A stretch of 63,404 nucleotides of DNA, the filler included, from Hausera hauseri (taxonomy: Eukaryota): NCBI GenBank assembly GCA_046269625.1. It is 12 parts of 12 records of this genome, joined end to end, with 100 filler letters (N's around TTAATTAATTAA, not from the genome) between each part and the next. Parts side by side here need not be neighbours in the genome. Positions count along the whole stretch, not along the records: positions 8,711 to 13,963 come from JBJURY010298500.1; positions 14,064 to 18,705 come from JBJURY010492132.1; positions 18,806 to 25,737 come from JBJURY010050996.1; 9 more parts are not named here. One strand, given 5' to 3'. The stretch's first letter is position 1; each line of letters starts with the position of its first letter. Positions 12,601 through 25,068 of this stretch are shown here, piece by piece. A program made the translations under genes and the position numbers. The notes beneath the pieces were generated by a model, which searched no databases, had not been told where the DNA came from, and saw only the letters and a program-made list of their open reading frames with translations.

Positions 12601-13963
12601 ATCGTCTAAATGAATTGAATAATCAGAAGCGAAAATTGGACGACTTTAAAATACCAGATAAGGAAAAGTAATTAACCATAACGTGAAGCTTATCTTTATA
12701 CTTCTTTTCATTAAGAATTATCAGCCGATTGAATAAAGTCATAGAAAAAATGAACGACTTAAAATCAAAATATGGTCAGAAAGAATCAGCTTTGAATGAA
12801 GAGTTAGAGTTTGCACAATTCAAAGAAAAAGCTGATGAGATCAACGAATGGGTCGACGACAAACTTATAGCAATTCACGATGACAATTACAAAGAGCTGT
12901 ATAATTTACCGGAGAAGCTGAAAAAACACAAGGCACTCGAGGCGGAAGTAAAGGCAAATTATCCGGTTTTGGAGGAAATCAACAAAAAAGGCCAGAAATT
13001 GATTACTGAAAATCATCCTCGGAAAGTTGAAGTTAAATTGATTCTTGACGGTGTAAATGATCGTTGGAAAAAACTAAATTTCGGTACGGATGATAAAGAG
13101 AAAAGGTATCAACAGGCTCAGGAGGAATGTCAGTTGAACGAGGAAGTCACCGAGTTGTTGGAAATGTTAGAAGCAAACGAGAATTTGTTAAAATCCGGAA
13201 AATTGGGAGATGATCTTCGAACAGCGAAAGTGTTGCTCGGAAAACATAATGAATTGGAAGGTGAATTGGACGGCATGAAAGCTAAATTGGATCAGCTGCA
13301 AAAGAGGGCCAATAAAATGGCGAAAGATGGCCATTTCGATTCTGATCGAATATTAGATGCCGTCGATAAGTGGTTTCGAGAAAAGGAGGATTTGGCTGCT
13401 GCAAATGCAATTGGAACCGACTTGAGTCATTGTCAGTCTCTTCAGTCTGAGTTGGATGAACCTGTTGATGGAAAAAAGGTGGACAATGACAGAATTAATT
13501 ACATAATTAAAACAACCGAAAAATTACTGAAGCAGAAAACTATTAGTCCGAATGAAGCAAACAATGTTAAATCCAGAAGCAGTACGATTGAAAATCGTTG
13601 GAATCGATTGAAGCTAGGTCTTGATAAATATCGAAAGGCCTTCAATGAAGCCCATAAGATGCACAAATATTATGCTGAATTAAGTGTACTCAGAGATCAG
13701 ATAAAAGATCGATTGAAAATGGTAAAATCGAAAGACCTCGGGAGCGATATTGATTCTGTTGAGAAACTTAAAAAGAAAGAAGAATCTATCGAAAGGGAGA
13801 TATCAGTTCTGAAAGAAAAGTTTGAGAACCTCAAAAGCCACGATACATTTGGGGAAAATTTTGATGAAACGCACAAGAACCGAAAAAAGACATCCTTGGG
13901 AATGTTAACGGCTCTCTTCAGAGCCACAATTATTGATTTTAATGAGGCTACGGAACCTCTTGA
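9596..13963 (+). CDS. Beta-heavy spectrin (karst/SPTBN5-like), partial; spectrin repeats plus SH3; frameshift near 12010 and intron 12668-12715
   Basis: Beta-type repeats ENYHD...YGKHL..EDLLEKH; SH3 at about 11339-11510 (NNDWWLV..GYAPANFL); LAGASSIDLFNKT; DDNYKELYNLPEKLKKH; joins ORFs 9596-12025, 12066-12671 and 12729 onward. Confidence 0.88.
10334..10745 (+). CDS. Ribophorin II/SWP1-like segment embedded in frame within the spectrin ORF
   Basis: Signal-peptide-like MDLWLIIFRIISSAFSLE, then beta-rich VDESKQIILNFSL...YDINF...GVYKLSITLRD; clearly not a spectrin repeat. Confidence 0.4.
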
Positions 13964-14063
13964 NNNNNNNNNNNNNNNNNNNNNNNNNNNNNNNNNNNNN
14001 NNNNNNNTTAATTAATTAANNNNNNNNNNNNNNNNNNNNNNNNNNNNNNNNNNNNNNNNNNNN

Positions 14064-14534
14064 TACTGGTAGTAAAGGTAACGGTCTAATAATCTGTTCG
14101 GTACGATAATGTGGATGTGGTATTGAGGATGGTTGTTGTAGTATGGACGTGACGTTCATGTGAGGTAAAGGTTTTTGGTATGTAATTGGTGGTGGTCTTA
14201 CTATTGTGGATTGGCTAAAACGATGGACGGGAAATTCAACTCTAGCCGACGATTGTTTCTCTAATTGGAAGTATCTTCTTGGAAGTAATTGAGGGATGGG
14301 CGTGTTGGTGATAATGAGGAGGGCTCTTCTAGAGTGGTAGAAGTAATAATATATGAATTGAGGGTAAAAATAACATATGCTACAAATCAGGTGTCGATGA
14401 TGAGATTCCATTTGGTAACAATGGGAACAATATTCGGCATTACAGCAACTAAACTGGTAGTCTGTCTTATTGGGTTTACGGCATAAGCAGCATGTAAGAA
14501 GTTGGAAATAATGAATAGAAAAAGGAGCTGACAC
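14064..14534 (-). CDS. RING-like Cys-rich protein with Pro-rich tail (runs into linker)
   Basis: CCLC...SCCNAEYCSHC...ICSIC. Confidence 0.6.
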
Positions 14535-14537
14535 ATC

Positions 14538-14800
14538 CTAGGTATAGTAATATGTAATGTGGTCAGTAGGTTCGATAATTTCAAACGTTTTGGCGTCGAG
14601 TAAGGATTGTTCAGCATAAGATGGATAAGCATTATGTTGGATGCAGTAATTGATCTCAGATTTACAAATTGGACAATATGGTGTTGTATTGGCCTGAGAA
14701 CGGGATTGATCTATGTAATAAAGACATAGCATGTGTAGACATGGTGTAAGTCTGTACACTACACTGAGGATTACTCGGCATTCCATGCAATCACGGAGAT
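14538..14800 (-). CDS. RING finger domain
   Basis: CMEC-x11-CLHMLCLYY...CPIC (C3HC4-like, one ligand replaced). Confidence 0.7.
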
Positions 14801-14816
14801 CTGAAAATACATAGAA

Positions 14817-15896
14817 TTAATTGAGATGTAATTCAATGGTATTAAGATCTATACAATTATCAGTGTCTTCAATATAAAATGAGGTGGTTAAGTAGTTGTA
14901 TAATTGTCTAAGCAGGAGGGCTTGTATTAATGGTAATGTATACGTAGGAATGGTGGTGGTATGTAATAATTGTTCACTTAGACGAATTATGAATACTGGG
15001 TTTGTGAGGAAGTTTGTAGCAGTAGAGTGACGGCTAAGATTGAAGAAGCCATTGGTACGAGTGATGGGTAGTCTTAATGAGCATAGGAATAGATTTATTT
15101 GTGTTGTTATAATAGATTTAGGCTTCAGCATATCTTGTATGAGGGGTAAGAAGTCTTCGTCATCGATGTGATTTAGAGTGAGATCGTCGGTTATGCCTGT
15201 AAAGGGTGTTCTCCAGTTGATGACTTTATGCATCGGGTGCATTTGTTGCTGTAATAAAATTTCGCCTTTATAATCTAATATGGCAGTGTCAATGATAGTT
15301 TGGTTGACAGTTCTTGGGCTGGGTTGGGTGGTGACGTTATTAGAGGATACGAAGGTAAATAACGGTTCTAAATCTGATAGATTTAATCCTTCTGGTGTTG
15401 AAATATATTCATTTATTGGTGAGAGTGGTTTGAGTGTATAAATCGGTTGATCGTAGTCCTCAATGTGTGTGTATATGAGAGTTGGTTGGATTACTTCTAC
15501 AGCATATATACAGTTAGCTGAAGAGGAAATTGTAAAAGACAGTAATTCTACAGGAGGAATAGTGATAATTACATTGTAGTTATCGAGCAGTTCGTGATTA
15601 ATATCGAATATAGGATCATTATAGTTGATGCTGACAGTTAATTTGCCACTGGGGAGATAAATGGATATAATACCGAATTTTCTTGGCTTGTCGGTAAGTA
15701 TTAATTGAGACAATGAACTAGTAATGTCGGCTGATATTTGTATCATAGACGTTTGTCTGGGATCGAGTTGGAATTTTTCAGACTTTAGGTTATTTGGGAT
15801 AACTGTTTGATTGGAAAAAATATGATACAATTGATCTACACTCATGTAGGACGCCAATGCGTCATAAAAAGTTTGTGAATCAGTATAGGACTCCAT
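14817..15896 (-). CDS. Protein with C-terminal REX4/ISG20-like DEDDh exonuclease fold, apparently inactive
   Basis: AILDYKGEILL...HP..KVINWRTPFTGIT...FL..IQDMLK.K.II fits the REX4-like pattern; DxE and GH...ND motifs absent. Confidence 0.65.
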   Translation of the reverse strand: MESYTDSQTFYDALASYMSVDQLYHIFSNQTVIPNNLKSEKFQLDPRQTSMIQISADITSSLSQLILTDKPRKFGIISIYLPSGKLTVSINYNDPIFDINHELLDNYNVIITIPPVELLSFTISSSANCIYAVEVIQPTLIYTHIEDYDQPIYTLKPLSPINEYISTPEGLNLSDLEPLFTFVSSNNVTTQPSPRTVNQTIIDTAILDYKGEILLQQQMHPMHKVINWRTPFTGITDDLTLNHIDDEDFLPLIQDMLKPKSIITTQINLFLCSLRLPITRTNGFFNLSRHSTATNFLTNPVFIIRLSEQLLHTTTIPTYTLPLIQALLLRQLYNYLTTSFYIEDTDNCIDLNTIELHLN

Positions 15897-16143
15897 TTTC
15901 AGTCTTAATACAAAATAACAATAAAGGTTTATTTACATTAATGACTTATAGGTTGAAATAAATTATAACTTACAATACTATATAAATTAGGAATTATATA
16001 CAATGGTTATAAGATGAAGAGTGTTAATAGTTGTATGACGCAAGGGACGTCAGTGATTAAGAATAAAAATAACAACAATATAAAGAACTAAGTAGTCATA
16101 CTAAATATATATACAGATAAGAGTTCGGAAAATGTCAAATCGT

Positions 16144-16623
16144 TTATATTACTATCTCACGACGAATAATGGCTAACAAGGGTTTTTGTTCGAAGGAGCT
16201 AATCATTGGATCTCGTATCAGAATGTCATTGATCGTTAGGTTTCGGTAATTGTGAGTTTCTGGGTGAATATCTGGTCGTCGCATCAAAATGGCGACTGCC
16301 CTATAGGCTCGAGTCAAAAGCGCAGTTATGAGAGGTGTTTCTTCATATGTGCCATGAGCGTAGTTTACATCGAATAGATAGGTTCCGTTGTCGAATTTCT
16401 TATTTCGGAAGGTTTCCAAGAGGAGGAATCGTTTGAATACTATCGCATGATGTAGTGGTGTACTACGTAACTGAGGTTGGAAAATGGATTGAAATACTTT
16501 GTTGTCGTAGGCATAATCGAATATTAGTGTTGCAAAGTTATGTCGACCATGGCGTATAGCAAGTAGTAAGGGTGCTTGTGATTGAATGAGCATGAGTATA
16601 TAGAAATCATGACATTCGCTCAT
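16144..16623 (-). CDS. Ankyrin-repeat region
   Basis: Three TPLxxA-type repeats. Confidence 0.85.
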   Translation of the reverse strand: MSECHDFYILMLIQSQAPLLLAIRHGRHNFATLIFDYAYDNKVFQSIFQPQLRSTPLHHAIVFKRFLLLETFRNKKFDNGTYLFDVNYAHGTYEETPLITALLTRAYRAVAILMRRPDIHPETHNYRNLTINDILIRDPMISSFEQKPLLAIIRREIVI

Positions 16624-18636
16624 AATGGCTAAGTAGATAATGGTGTTGCCATTTGTATCTTGGAAGTTAAGTGTTTCAGCTGCTTCATCGCCTACTTGGG
16701 TTATAGCTTTTCTGGCTCTAGTGGGGTTTTTCCAGCGTTATTTACTGTTGTATAGTCTACTGGATCAGCTGGTTCATCAGTACATCCTAACATGTAGCGT
16801 GTCGACTTTGTTAGAATTTGTTCCTCGTGAGTTTTTACATAAGGGTAATATTCTTCTTCCTTGATGATTGGTAACCATTTTTCATCGCCGTAGATTTTGA
16901 AGTCATATTCTAGATTAGTTAGAGAAATTTCGAATAGTTTGTTATCAAGTGTTGCTCTATGACGGGGTATATTTCTTTTCTCGTATTTATGTTTATATAC
17001 GCATATAGCGATGATTGTTGCTATGATAAGTATAACGCTGATGGGTACTACTATTACTATTAGCAGAAATAAATTATAATCTATTTTAAATTGTTGTATT
17101 GGTTTAACTGACGGTGATATGATGTTCATATGATGTCATTAGGAGGATTGGCAGATTTTCTGAAGATAAATTTCCGCTTTTCATTATATCATCGAGTGTT
17201 GGAAACCGAAATAATGAATTTATTCCATTTTGAATGTACTTCTAATAATGCAACTGTTCATGGTTTTTGTAATGGGTCATAATAGGGTAACTTAATATAA
17301 GCTAAGTAAGGATAACCTAATATCAATTGTGTACATTCAGCGTAAGTACTGGTAACTAGGAAACAGGCGTCGTTAGCATTTTCCAATGTGACGATAAAGT
17401 CGGAATTCGGCAAGCTGAACATTACACGGTTGGATCTCACTTGAAGGTAAATATCCAATGATCTGAATGGAATCACTTTGATTTGTTCTGGAGTTTGCCT
17501 TAATCCTGCTATTATATAAGGGATTTTATTATGTACAGAGTAGCGAAAACTAGTCAACCAATATGTATTTGGACATGAGGATTGCAACTGTAAGGTTAAG
17601 AATATTTGTCGATTATCACGTTTTGTACACGATACTGGGTATCGTGGACTTGTAACCTCTAGAGTATACACTTTCTCACTGTAGCGTTTTGCAACATAGG
17701 ATAGTGCATAGTGAGCTTTACTAATTTGAGGTGCTACTACTAAAATTTCGTTTTCCTAAAATATTTTTGCATTAATTTATTGATTTTTTACAATGGCAGG
17801 GGTGCGTAGCATTGTTGGTGCTTTTCGTTCAATTCCTTCTACAGTATTTCGCCATATACCATTTAAGACACGGAACATGGCGAATATTAACGAATATTCC
17901 TGATCAGACCGTGCAAATATACAGGTAGATTGATTATGTTCTCGGGCATAATGAAGGTTGTTATTGGTGATGGAAATGTCGGAGTAACGAGTGGTTATTT
18001 GCATTTCTCTGCCTTTCGGTATTTTTCTATCCCATTCAACTAGTAAGCACTGCTTCTTGTAATTAGGTTGACCTATAAATATTCTCTCTTCTAAGAACAA
18101 TCTGTGTATATTAGTTTGCTCTTTTTGTTCAGGTGAATTGTCTGTCAAAAATAGCGTAACTGTCTTCTGTTCTGTGGGCATCATTATTTCAATTGTCTGA
18201 TTTTTAGTGAGGGGCAAATCCTTACTTCGTAATGCATGTATTTGCACCAAATAAATAGATCCAGGGGCAACTTTACAACACTTTTCTGTGTGTGTGGATG
18301 CAGACGTACACATTACCTTTGATTTTCTGTCGAGAGTTAATGTTCCCCATTCTTTTTTACCGGTCTATCATTTGTTTTATTCTGTTTAGGAGAAAATTTT
18401 ATAAGTACGCACCTTTTCTTATGGTTATAGTTGATGAAGAGGTTCCCTTGTGCAGTTTCCTGGATGTTCCATGGTTCTGTTTTCGGATTTCTTTTTAGAT
18501 ATTTCATAAAGCCCGAGAATACATCCAGTGATGTCTGATTGGGCAAGATTGTTGTTATTTTTTGAGAACTTAAAGTTAGCTGTGTTAATGAATTTGGTAT
18601 ACAGCAAACTAGTATACTCAATGGTAGAACATTCAA
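16144..18636 (-). pseudogene. Putative type I membrane protein: signal peptide, FN3-like ectodomain, TM, ankyrin repeats (interrupted)
   Basis: Collinear ORFs 18337-18636 (signal peptide), 17777-18313 (VAPGSIYLVQIHA), 17258-17671, 16701-17129 (TM followed by YKHK; NNAGKTPL), 16144-16623 (PLLLAIRHG, TPLHHAI, ETPLITAL). Confidence 0.55.
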
Positions 18637-18805
18637 ATGTGATTTCGAGTTATTTCCTAGTTGTACTTGGTGAGATGTGGTGTTCTTTCTAATCTGTCGG
18701 TGACTNNNNNNNNNNNNNNNNNNNNNNNNNNNNNNNNNNNNNNNNNNNNTTAATTAATTAANNNNNNNNNNNNNNNNNNNNNNNNNNNNNNNNNNNNNNN
18801 NNNNN

Positions 18806-21800
18806 GATTTTTATGAGGTGCACAAGCATCATCTTGGGACGTTTACGCGGTCGAAGATGATGGTTGTGCATTGCCCACGTACCCGCGATACTGTAGTAAT
18901 AGAGTGCATGACGTTGATGGCTGCCAAAGTGTAATGGATCAGTACTATGGCGCCACAGCTGTGCACAGTAAACGGGCCTAAGTTTGTCCTGGTTGCTGTT
19001 CTATAGTTGATGAAATCAACGATGAATAATTTTATAATCTACACAAGGGCCACTTAAACCAGTTTAAGCGGTCGAAAAAACAACCAGTTATGGACTCAAC
19101 CAGCAGCAGCAACCCCTCAATAACCAGTAGGATACGTCAGGCCTCAGCATGTCATGGAGACTTAATCAGAAACAGTACCGAGCAACAGCATCAAAAAGAA
19201 CAACAAGAACAACAACAATAACAGGAGCAACATGATTTCAATCTGCCCAATATTGGATTCAAGTACGACTTAAACAGATTGTACGTGGACATAAAAGCGA
19301 ACATGTCGGCGAAAATAACAACAATAACGCAATCGAGACATGTTCCGCAAAATTTGCGCAACCAGTTGGAATCAGAAGTGGGGAAATTCCAACACCAACA
19401 CTGCAAAGTTCAATATTATGCACTTGCACAATTTGAAAACGTTGAAGGTGAGAGGAAACAATTGTACCTGTCACATCGAGCTGTACCATATGCCAATGAT
19501 TTTATTGTCGACGTAAGCGAAAAGCTCGAGGAGAAAATCACCAACTACACGGAAAAGGGTAGTGGATGACGAATTATATGAATTGTCACCCTCGGCTTTA
19601 TCATAAAACGTCGAGTGACATAATATATTTGTCTGGACGATCATTCATACCGACAACTGCAGCTCTGAAGCAGTCTCTGGCGGTAGTTAATGTAAAAAAT
19701 ACTAACGATAAATACTGTTTTCTTTACAGTATTCTGGCGGTATTGAAATATGACGAAGTGAACAGACATAGTGCACCTCGTCCAAAACAGTATCAGAAAT
19801 ATTTTTCTGAATTGGATTTCGATGAAAGCTGGATGCCGATGAAATTGAAATTCATTCTGGCTTTTGAACGGCGTAATCCGACACTGACAATCAACGTGTT
19901 CCGGTACAATACAATCGTAGAAATACTGGCGGATGAAGAAATGTACAAAAATCCTCATGTGGATATAATCTATCATAGTCGGTACCCAAATGGCCGCTCA
20001 GTAAATTTGTTGCTATTGGAACAAAAAGAAAAGTACCATTGCGTTGCAGTTACAAATCTGGACAGACTACTGAAGATGGCGCATTACCATTTCCTCCAAA
20101 AACAGATACAGTGTAAATGGTGTCCTATATGTCTTCATGGATTCAGGTCGGAAACAATATGGGCGAAACACGTGACTCTGTGCAGACAAAATTCGTCAGA
20201 AACCACAATGAATGTCATGCCTGTCAAACAGGAACTCCGGTTCACTGATTGGTCAAAAACAGATAGTCCGGCGTATGTAGTATATGCCGATATCGAAGCT
20301 ATCTTACCACGGCACAACATAAATGATCAAAAACATGTTCCAGTCGCCGTTGGTATGTTGGTTGTCTCAATAAAAGCTGCAGGTCAACCTCAATATTATG
20401 TTTTCCACGGATGGAATTGTGTACGCGATTTCTTTCAGCAGTTGCAAACCATAGTGGAAACGGAAATAGCACCCTGGTACAGTAGAAATAGTAATAAACC
20501 ATTGAGGTGGACAGATAAAGATGAACGCCTGAAGTTTGCAGTCACAGATGAATGTTACATGTGCCCCAAAATATTACCGTTTGATGCATTGGAACGGCTC
20601 GTACCGGATCACGATCATTTTACCGGTCGATACCTCGGAGCAGAATTTAATTCATGCAATTTGGTAAGGCATGTGCGGCCATTCTTACAAGTGGTATTTT
20701 ATAACTTCAGGGATTATGATTGTCACCATATTTTGAAATGGGCTATAAACGGATTTCCGCACAGGGAACTATCCATAATTCCGACCATGATGGAGAAATA
20801 CCTGTCACTGTCGGCTTGTATAAACCGGTACCAGGTACGCTTCCTTGATTCATTGCAATTTCTCAACGAATTATTGGCAAAGGTGGTAAATCCCTTGCCA
20901 AATGTAACGATAGCACTGATGCAGTTCCCCACACATATTGCGCGTAGCAAATGCATATTCCAGTACTGGAGTAGCATGTAATTCATACAATTTGGCAAGG
21001 CGTGTGCGGCCATTCTTACCGATGGTATTTTATAACTTCATGGGTTATGATTGTCACCATATTTTGAAATGGACACTAAACGGATTTCCCTACTGGGAAC
21101 TATCCATAATTCCGACTACGATAGAGAAATACCTGTCATTATCTGCTCGTATAAACCGGTTCCAGGTACGCTTCCTTGATTCATTGCAATTTCTCAATGA
21201 ATCATTGGCAAAGGTGGTAAATCCCTTGCCAAATGTAACGATAGCACTGATGCAGTTCCCCATACATATTGCATGCAGCAAACGCATATTTCCATATGAC
21301 TTTGCAACATCATATGAGCGACTCCGGACAACAGAGGAATTACCGCCGCGATGGACAGGTATTGCAGAGGATGAATACCGGAAAGCACAGATGTGTTGGA
21401 CATAGCTCGGCTGTAGAAACATGTTGGATTACAAGCTCCAGTATCTTAAACTGGACGTGTACTTATTGACCGATGTGTTCCAGGCGTTTCGAGTGAAAGC
21501 GTTGGCTGAAGATAGGCTGGAGCCCTCAACTTTTATTCCATACCGGGAATGAATTGGGCATCAGCTCTAATGTCACTGGATCGAGACATTGAGCTGCTGC
21601 AAGACCCGGAAATGTACCGGCTGTTTGATTCTGGTATTCGGGGCGGCATGACATTTGTCAACAAGTATCAGGTCCGTGCTACCGATACCACATCACTGCT
21701 GTATATTGATATTAATAACCTGTATGGCTGGGCGCTTTTGCAACCCTTGCCGTACACTTCATTCGAATGGGTTGTCGACAGACAAGATCTGGACGACATA

Positions 21801-22934
21801 ATGGTCAACGTACCACAAGCAGACATGGCAGGCTCAGTCGGATACCTGATGGAAGTCGATCTCGAGGTATCATATGAGCTACATGACGTTTTGGACGATT
21901 TAACGGTCGCACCATTTAACAAATGTCCGCCAGGCTCAAAAGTGAAGAAACTGTTCATGATGCATGAACCGAAGCTGAATTACGTGGTCCATTGGCCTCT
22001 GCTAAAGTTCTACATGCAGCTCGGTGTACGCGTCACACATCTGCATCGTGCAATCCGATTTGCTCATACTCCCATATTCAAGACGTACATAGATAGAAAT
22101 TCATAGAAAAGAGCCACAGCTTGTACAAAGTTCGAAAAGGACTACTACAAGCTGAAAAACAATTTTCTGTACAGAAAGACAGTGGAGAATCTGAAAAATC
22201 GGCTTAATGTACGCCTATGCAATAGCGAAAAGCAGTTGGTCACGTACACGAGTAAGGCGCAGTTTCGTTGGTCAATGCGCATTGCCGATATATTGGTTTC
22301 GTTGCTATTAAATAGAGAAGAAGTCGTTCTGGACCGGCCAAGTTACATCGGACAAGTAATATTGGACCTGAACAAGTTGCGGATGTATGAGCTACAGTAT
22401 CGCGATTTGGCACGTTACCGGCAAAAGTTTGATGGCTGTGACAATAGTATAATTGCTGGTAACACAGACAGTTTTTTGTGCGGCTGAAAAAAGTCAATCG
22501 CGAACAGCTACTGCAGCAAATGCAGTCAGATGGATTACTGGACACGCCCAACTATCCACTGGATCATCCGTTCTACAGCAGCGCAATCAACAACAAAATC
22601 GGTTGCTTCAAGGATGAAAGTGAAGGTCGGGTTCAGTATCGGGAATGGATATTTCTACGGCCAAAATGTTAGTTTTTTAACTGACGGTGGACCGAAAATG
22701 CGCACCAAAGGAGTTCATTTGGCCCAGACGGAAATAAACCACGGTGATTATCGCAGTATTTATGAAAAAGAAGGATAACAAAAGGCTGTTGTGTCACAAA
22801 CGATCATCCGATCGATTGAGCACCAGCTGTATACGATGACCAATACAAAAGTCGCTTTATCATGCAATGATGATATGCGTAAGTGGGTGGAACGAAATAA
22901 GAATTGGACGTACGGACATTGACGTTTGGAATAA
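18806..22934 (+). pseudogene. pPolB, near full length, frameshifted
   Basis: YTEKGSGW; VVNVKN..KYCFLYSIL; ExoI VYADIE; DHDHFTGRYLG; ExoII FYNFRDYDCH; YLKLDV; YIDINNLYG; KLKNNFLY; motif C AGNTDSF; FKDE; TYGH. Confidence 0.95.
20631..21294 (+). repeat. Tandem duplication of about 332 bp within pPolB
   Basis: RPFL.VVFYNF..YDCHHILKW...RFLDSLQFLNE.LAKVVNPLPNVTIALMQFP occurs twice. Confidence 0.95.
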
Positions 22935-23186
22935 AACACGCACGCATGAATTCGGTGCAGACAGATCACATAACTGTGACTATTCATTGTGATCTGTTTG
23001 TCTTGTATAAATAATGTATATTATTCGGTGTTTTTGCCTTTTGTTTTATTATCATTTAATTTATCTATTTAACTTAATGTGACGAGGAACAATATGAAAA
23101 ACAAACAAAATCAATAAAATTTATTAATCATCATAAGCTAAAATCAAAAACAAAGTAAGTCAAATCAGTGTAAACTTTCCAAGCTT

Positions 23187-23465
23187 TCATTTTGGTGATT
23201 TAACGCCGTGCAGATCCTTGTATCTTTCCAAATTCATTATTAGATGACATATAGCTCCTTTCGGTGGCAAAACTGCTTTAACTGCTGCTACTGTCTCTCC
23301 GCCATGTGAACTGACAATTTTCGCCACATTTCCTTTGAGAAAAATCGACGATGTATCTCGGCTATCGTTGTTCAACGCTAAACCACTGTAAACTTTTCTA
23401 ATTGTGTCTTCCATCGTATCCACATCATCGTTGCTGATTTTTTTCACCAATAGATCATATTTCAC
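23187..23465 (-). pseudogene. Uncharacterised Polinton accessory protein (putative SSB paralogue 2)
   Basis: Homologous to 35116-35478 (KY.LLVK.I...D.DT.E.T..KV...L.L.N..RDTSS.FL.GN.AKIVS). Confidence 0.7.
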
Positions 23466-23824
23466 CGCTTTGATTTTGACAGTTTGTGTACATACATAAA
23501 CTGACAGTCTCGTACTTTGTCCATTATTTTTTCTTTCAAGTTCTTTAATTTACAGCGTACCTTTTCAATAGTCTTAAAGTAATTTGTATCGTACAATCGG
23601 TGAATGTACATTTGATTTAATGCAATAATTAGATTTTCTATAGAGCTGCAATCTGTTGCCGTTGCTGTCGTCAATGCTATTGACGCTAAATCTTCTTTAA
23701 ATCCAAGATTACCTGTTGCTGTCGCAACCAGCTCACTATCAAGTACTTTCCACCATCATACCCAGTCTAGAATTGATAATCCATCAAAATTTTGCAACTG
23801 CTTCAATTGATTAACTATTTCCAT
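23462..23824 (-). pseudogene. Uncharacterised Polinton accessory protein
   Basis: MEIVNQLKQLQNFDGL matches MEIVNQLNQLQNFNGL at 34551. Confidence 0.6.
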
Positions 23825-23934
23825 GATGAGTAATATTATTTCCTACCCGTATTTATAGTTTTGGAATTATTCAACTGACCAATACGGCGTAACTTATTTA
23901 CGGAAAGAAAAAATAACAGAGAAATACATTATTC

Positions 23935-24427
23935 ATTTGCAAGAACTATAGTCAAAACAAAGCTGTAGACATTTTTAGTAAGCACAATGTGGTCAATGAT
24001 CGCGATACGGATATCGGATATTGTTAGATACCATCGTCAGCTAGTTGTTTGATGTTGATTTTGAATACATCGTCATTCTCAACTCGAGAAACTGTAAATG
24101 AAGTTGTGTAAAATTTTGCCTGTCAATTTGACCTTTAATGTAAAATATTGTATTTTCTATGTCAAAACGATTACAAATCTTTTCCATAATGCACATCGCA
24201 CAGAAAATTGAATTGCCTTCATGACAATGAAGTCCATGACGACATCGAAAGAGAAATCCGTTTGTAATTTTTGCTTTTCCGTCAGGTCATTCCACACAAT
24301 ACCGGGCTTCAATATGTACACAAGAGGTTGGAAAATTTTATGGACGTCCATAATGCATAATTCCTTTATTATGTACGGGCATTATCATCTTGGAAATCTT
24401 GAATATCTATAAATCCTGTCGCTATTA
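23935..24427 (-). pseudogene. DEDD/RNase H-fold nuclease-like protein with C-terminal Cys/His cluster
   Basis: GFIDIQDF...IIKELCIMDV...VYILKP; ends YPYRDH.PHCAY; orthologue of 33967. Confidence 0.6.
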
Positions 24428-24489
24428 CTTATCATGTACAAAATCATTTTTTGTTTATAACGCAAACAAAACAACTAAGTATTATTATT

Positions 24490-24980
24490 ATTATTATCAT
24501 CACAATAATTAAATATAGGTGGTTTTGTCCATATCACCAAAGCCAAATTCTTTGCGTTCATTTTGTGTTGTTTTCGATTCATTAACGCAAAACCGTCCAC
24601 AATGTTCCGGTGACATTACACTGAATTCTGCCTCTTTAAAGCGAAGAAAAAGACTTGTGCGATTGCAGTGTCTTTCGAAAACGCTTACGGTTCACCGGAT
24701 TAGTTTTTCAGCAACATTTTAATTTCATCACGAAAATTTGAATCAGTGACGCGGCCCACAACCGTCAGTCCGAGCTTTGCCAGTCCGCTTTTGGATAAAC
24801 GTTGGCCGTAATAACCCGATGGAATCGCCAGTCAAATCCCAATCGTTATGCCTTTGATTTTGCTGTCCAGAATTGTATTGACATTGGAAACCACATCGTA
24901 ACCTGCACTGTTTGATGTAACACGTCTCGGTACAAAGGCATTTTCGTCTGTTAAGACAATCTTTACATCATTCATTATCA
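24490..24980 (-). pseudogene. dut: dUTPase, frameshifted
   Basis: PRRVTSNSAGYDV; PSGYYGQRLSKSGLA; TDSNFRDEI; IAQV; RKEFGFG. Confidence 0.9.
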
Positions 24981-25068
24981 TTATTTTTATACAAATACTA
25001 AAATTACACGTATATTTATACTCGTTAATTGGGTTGATGAAAGAAGAAGAAGAACGGTAAAACAAAAT

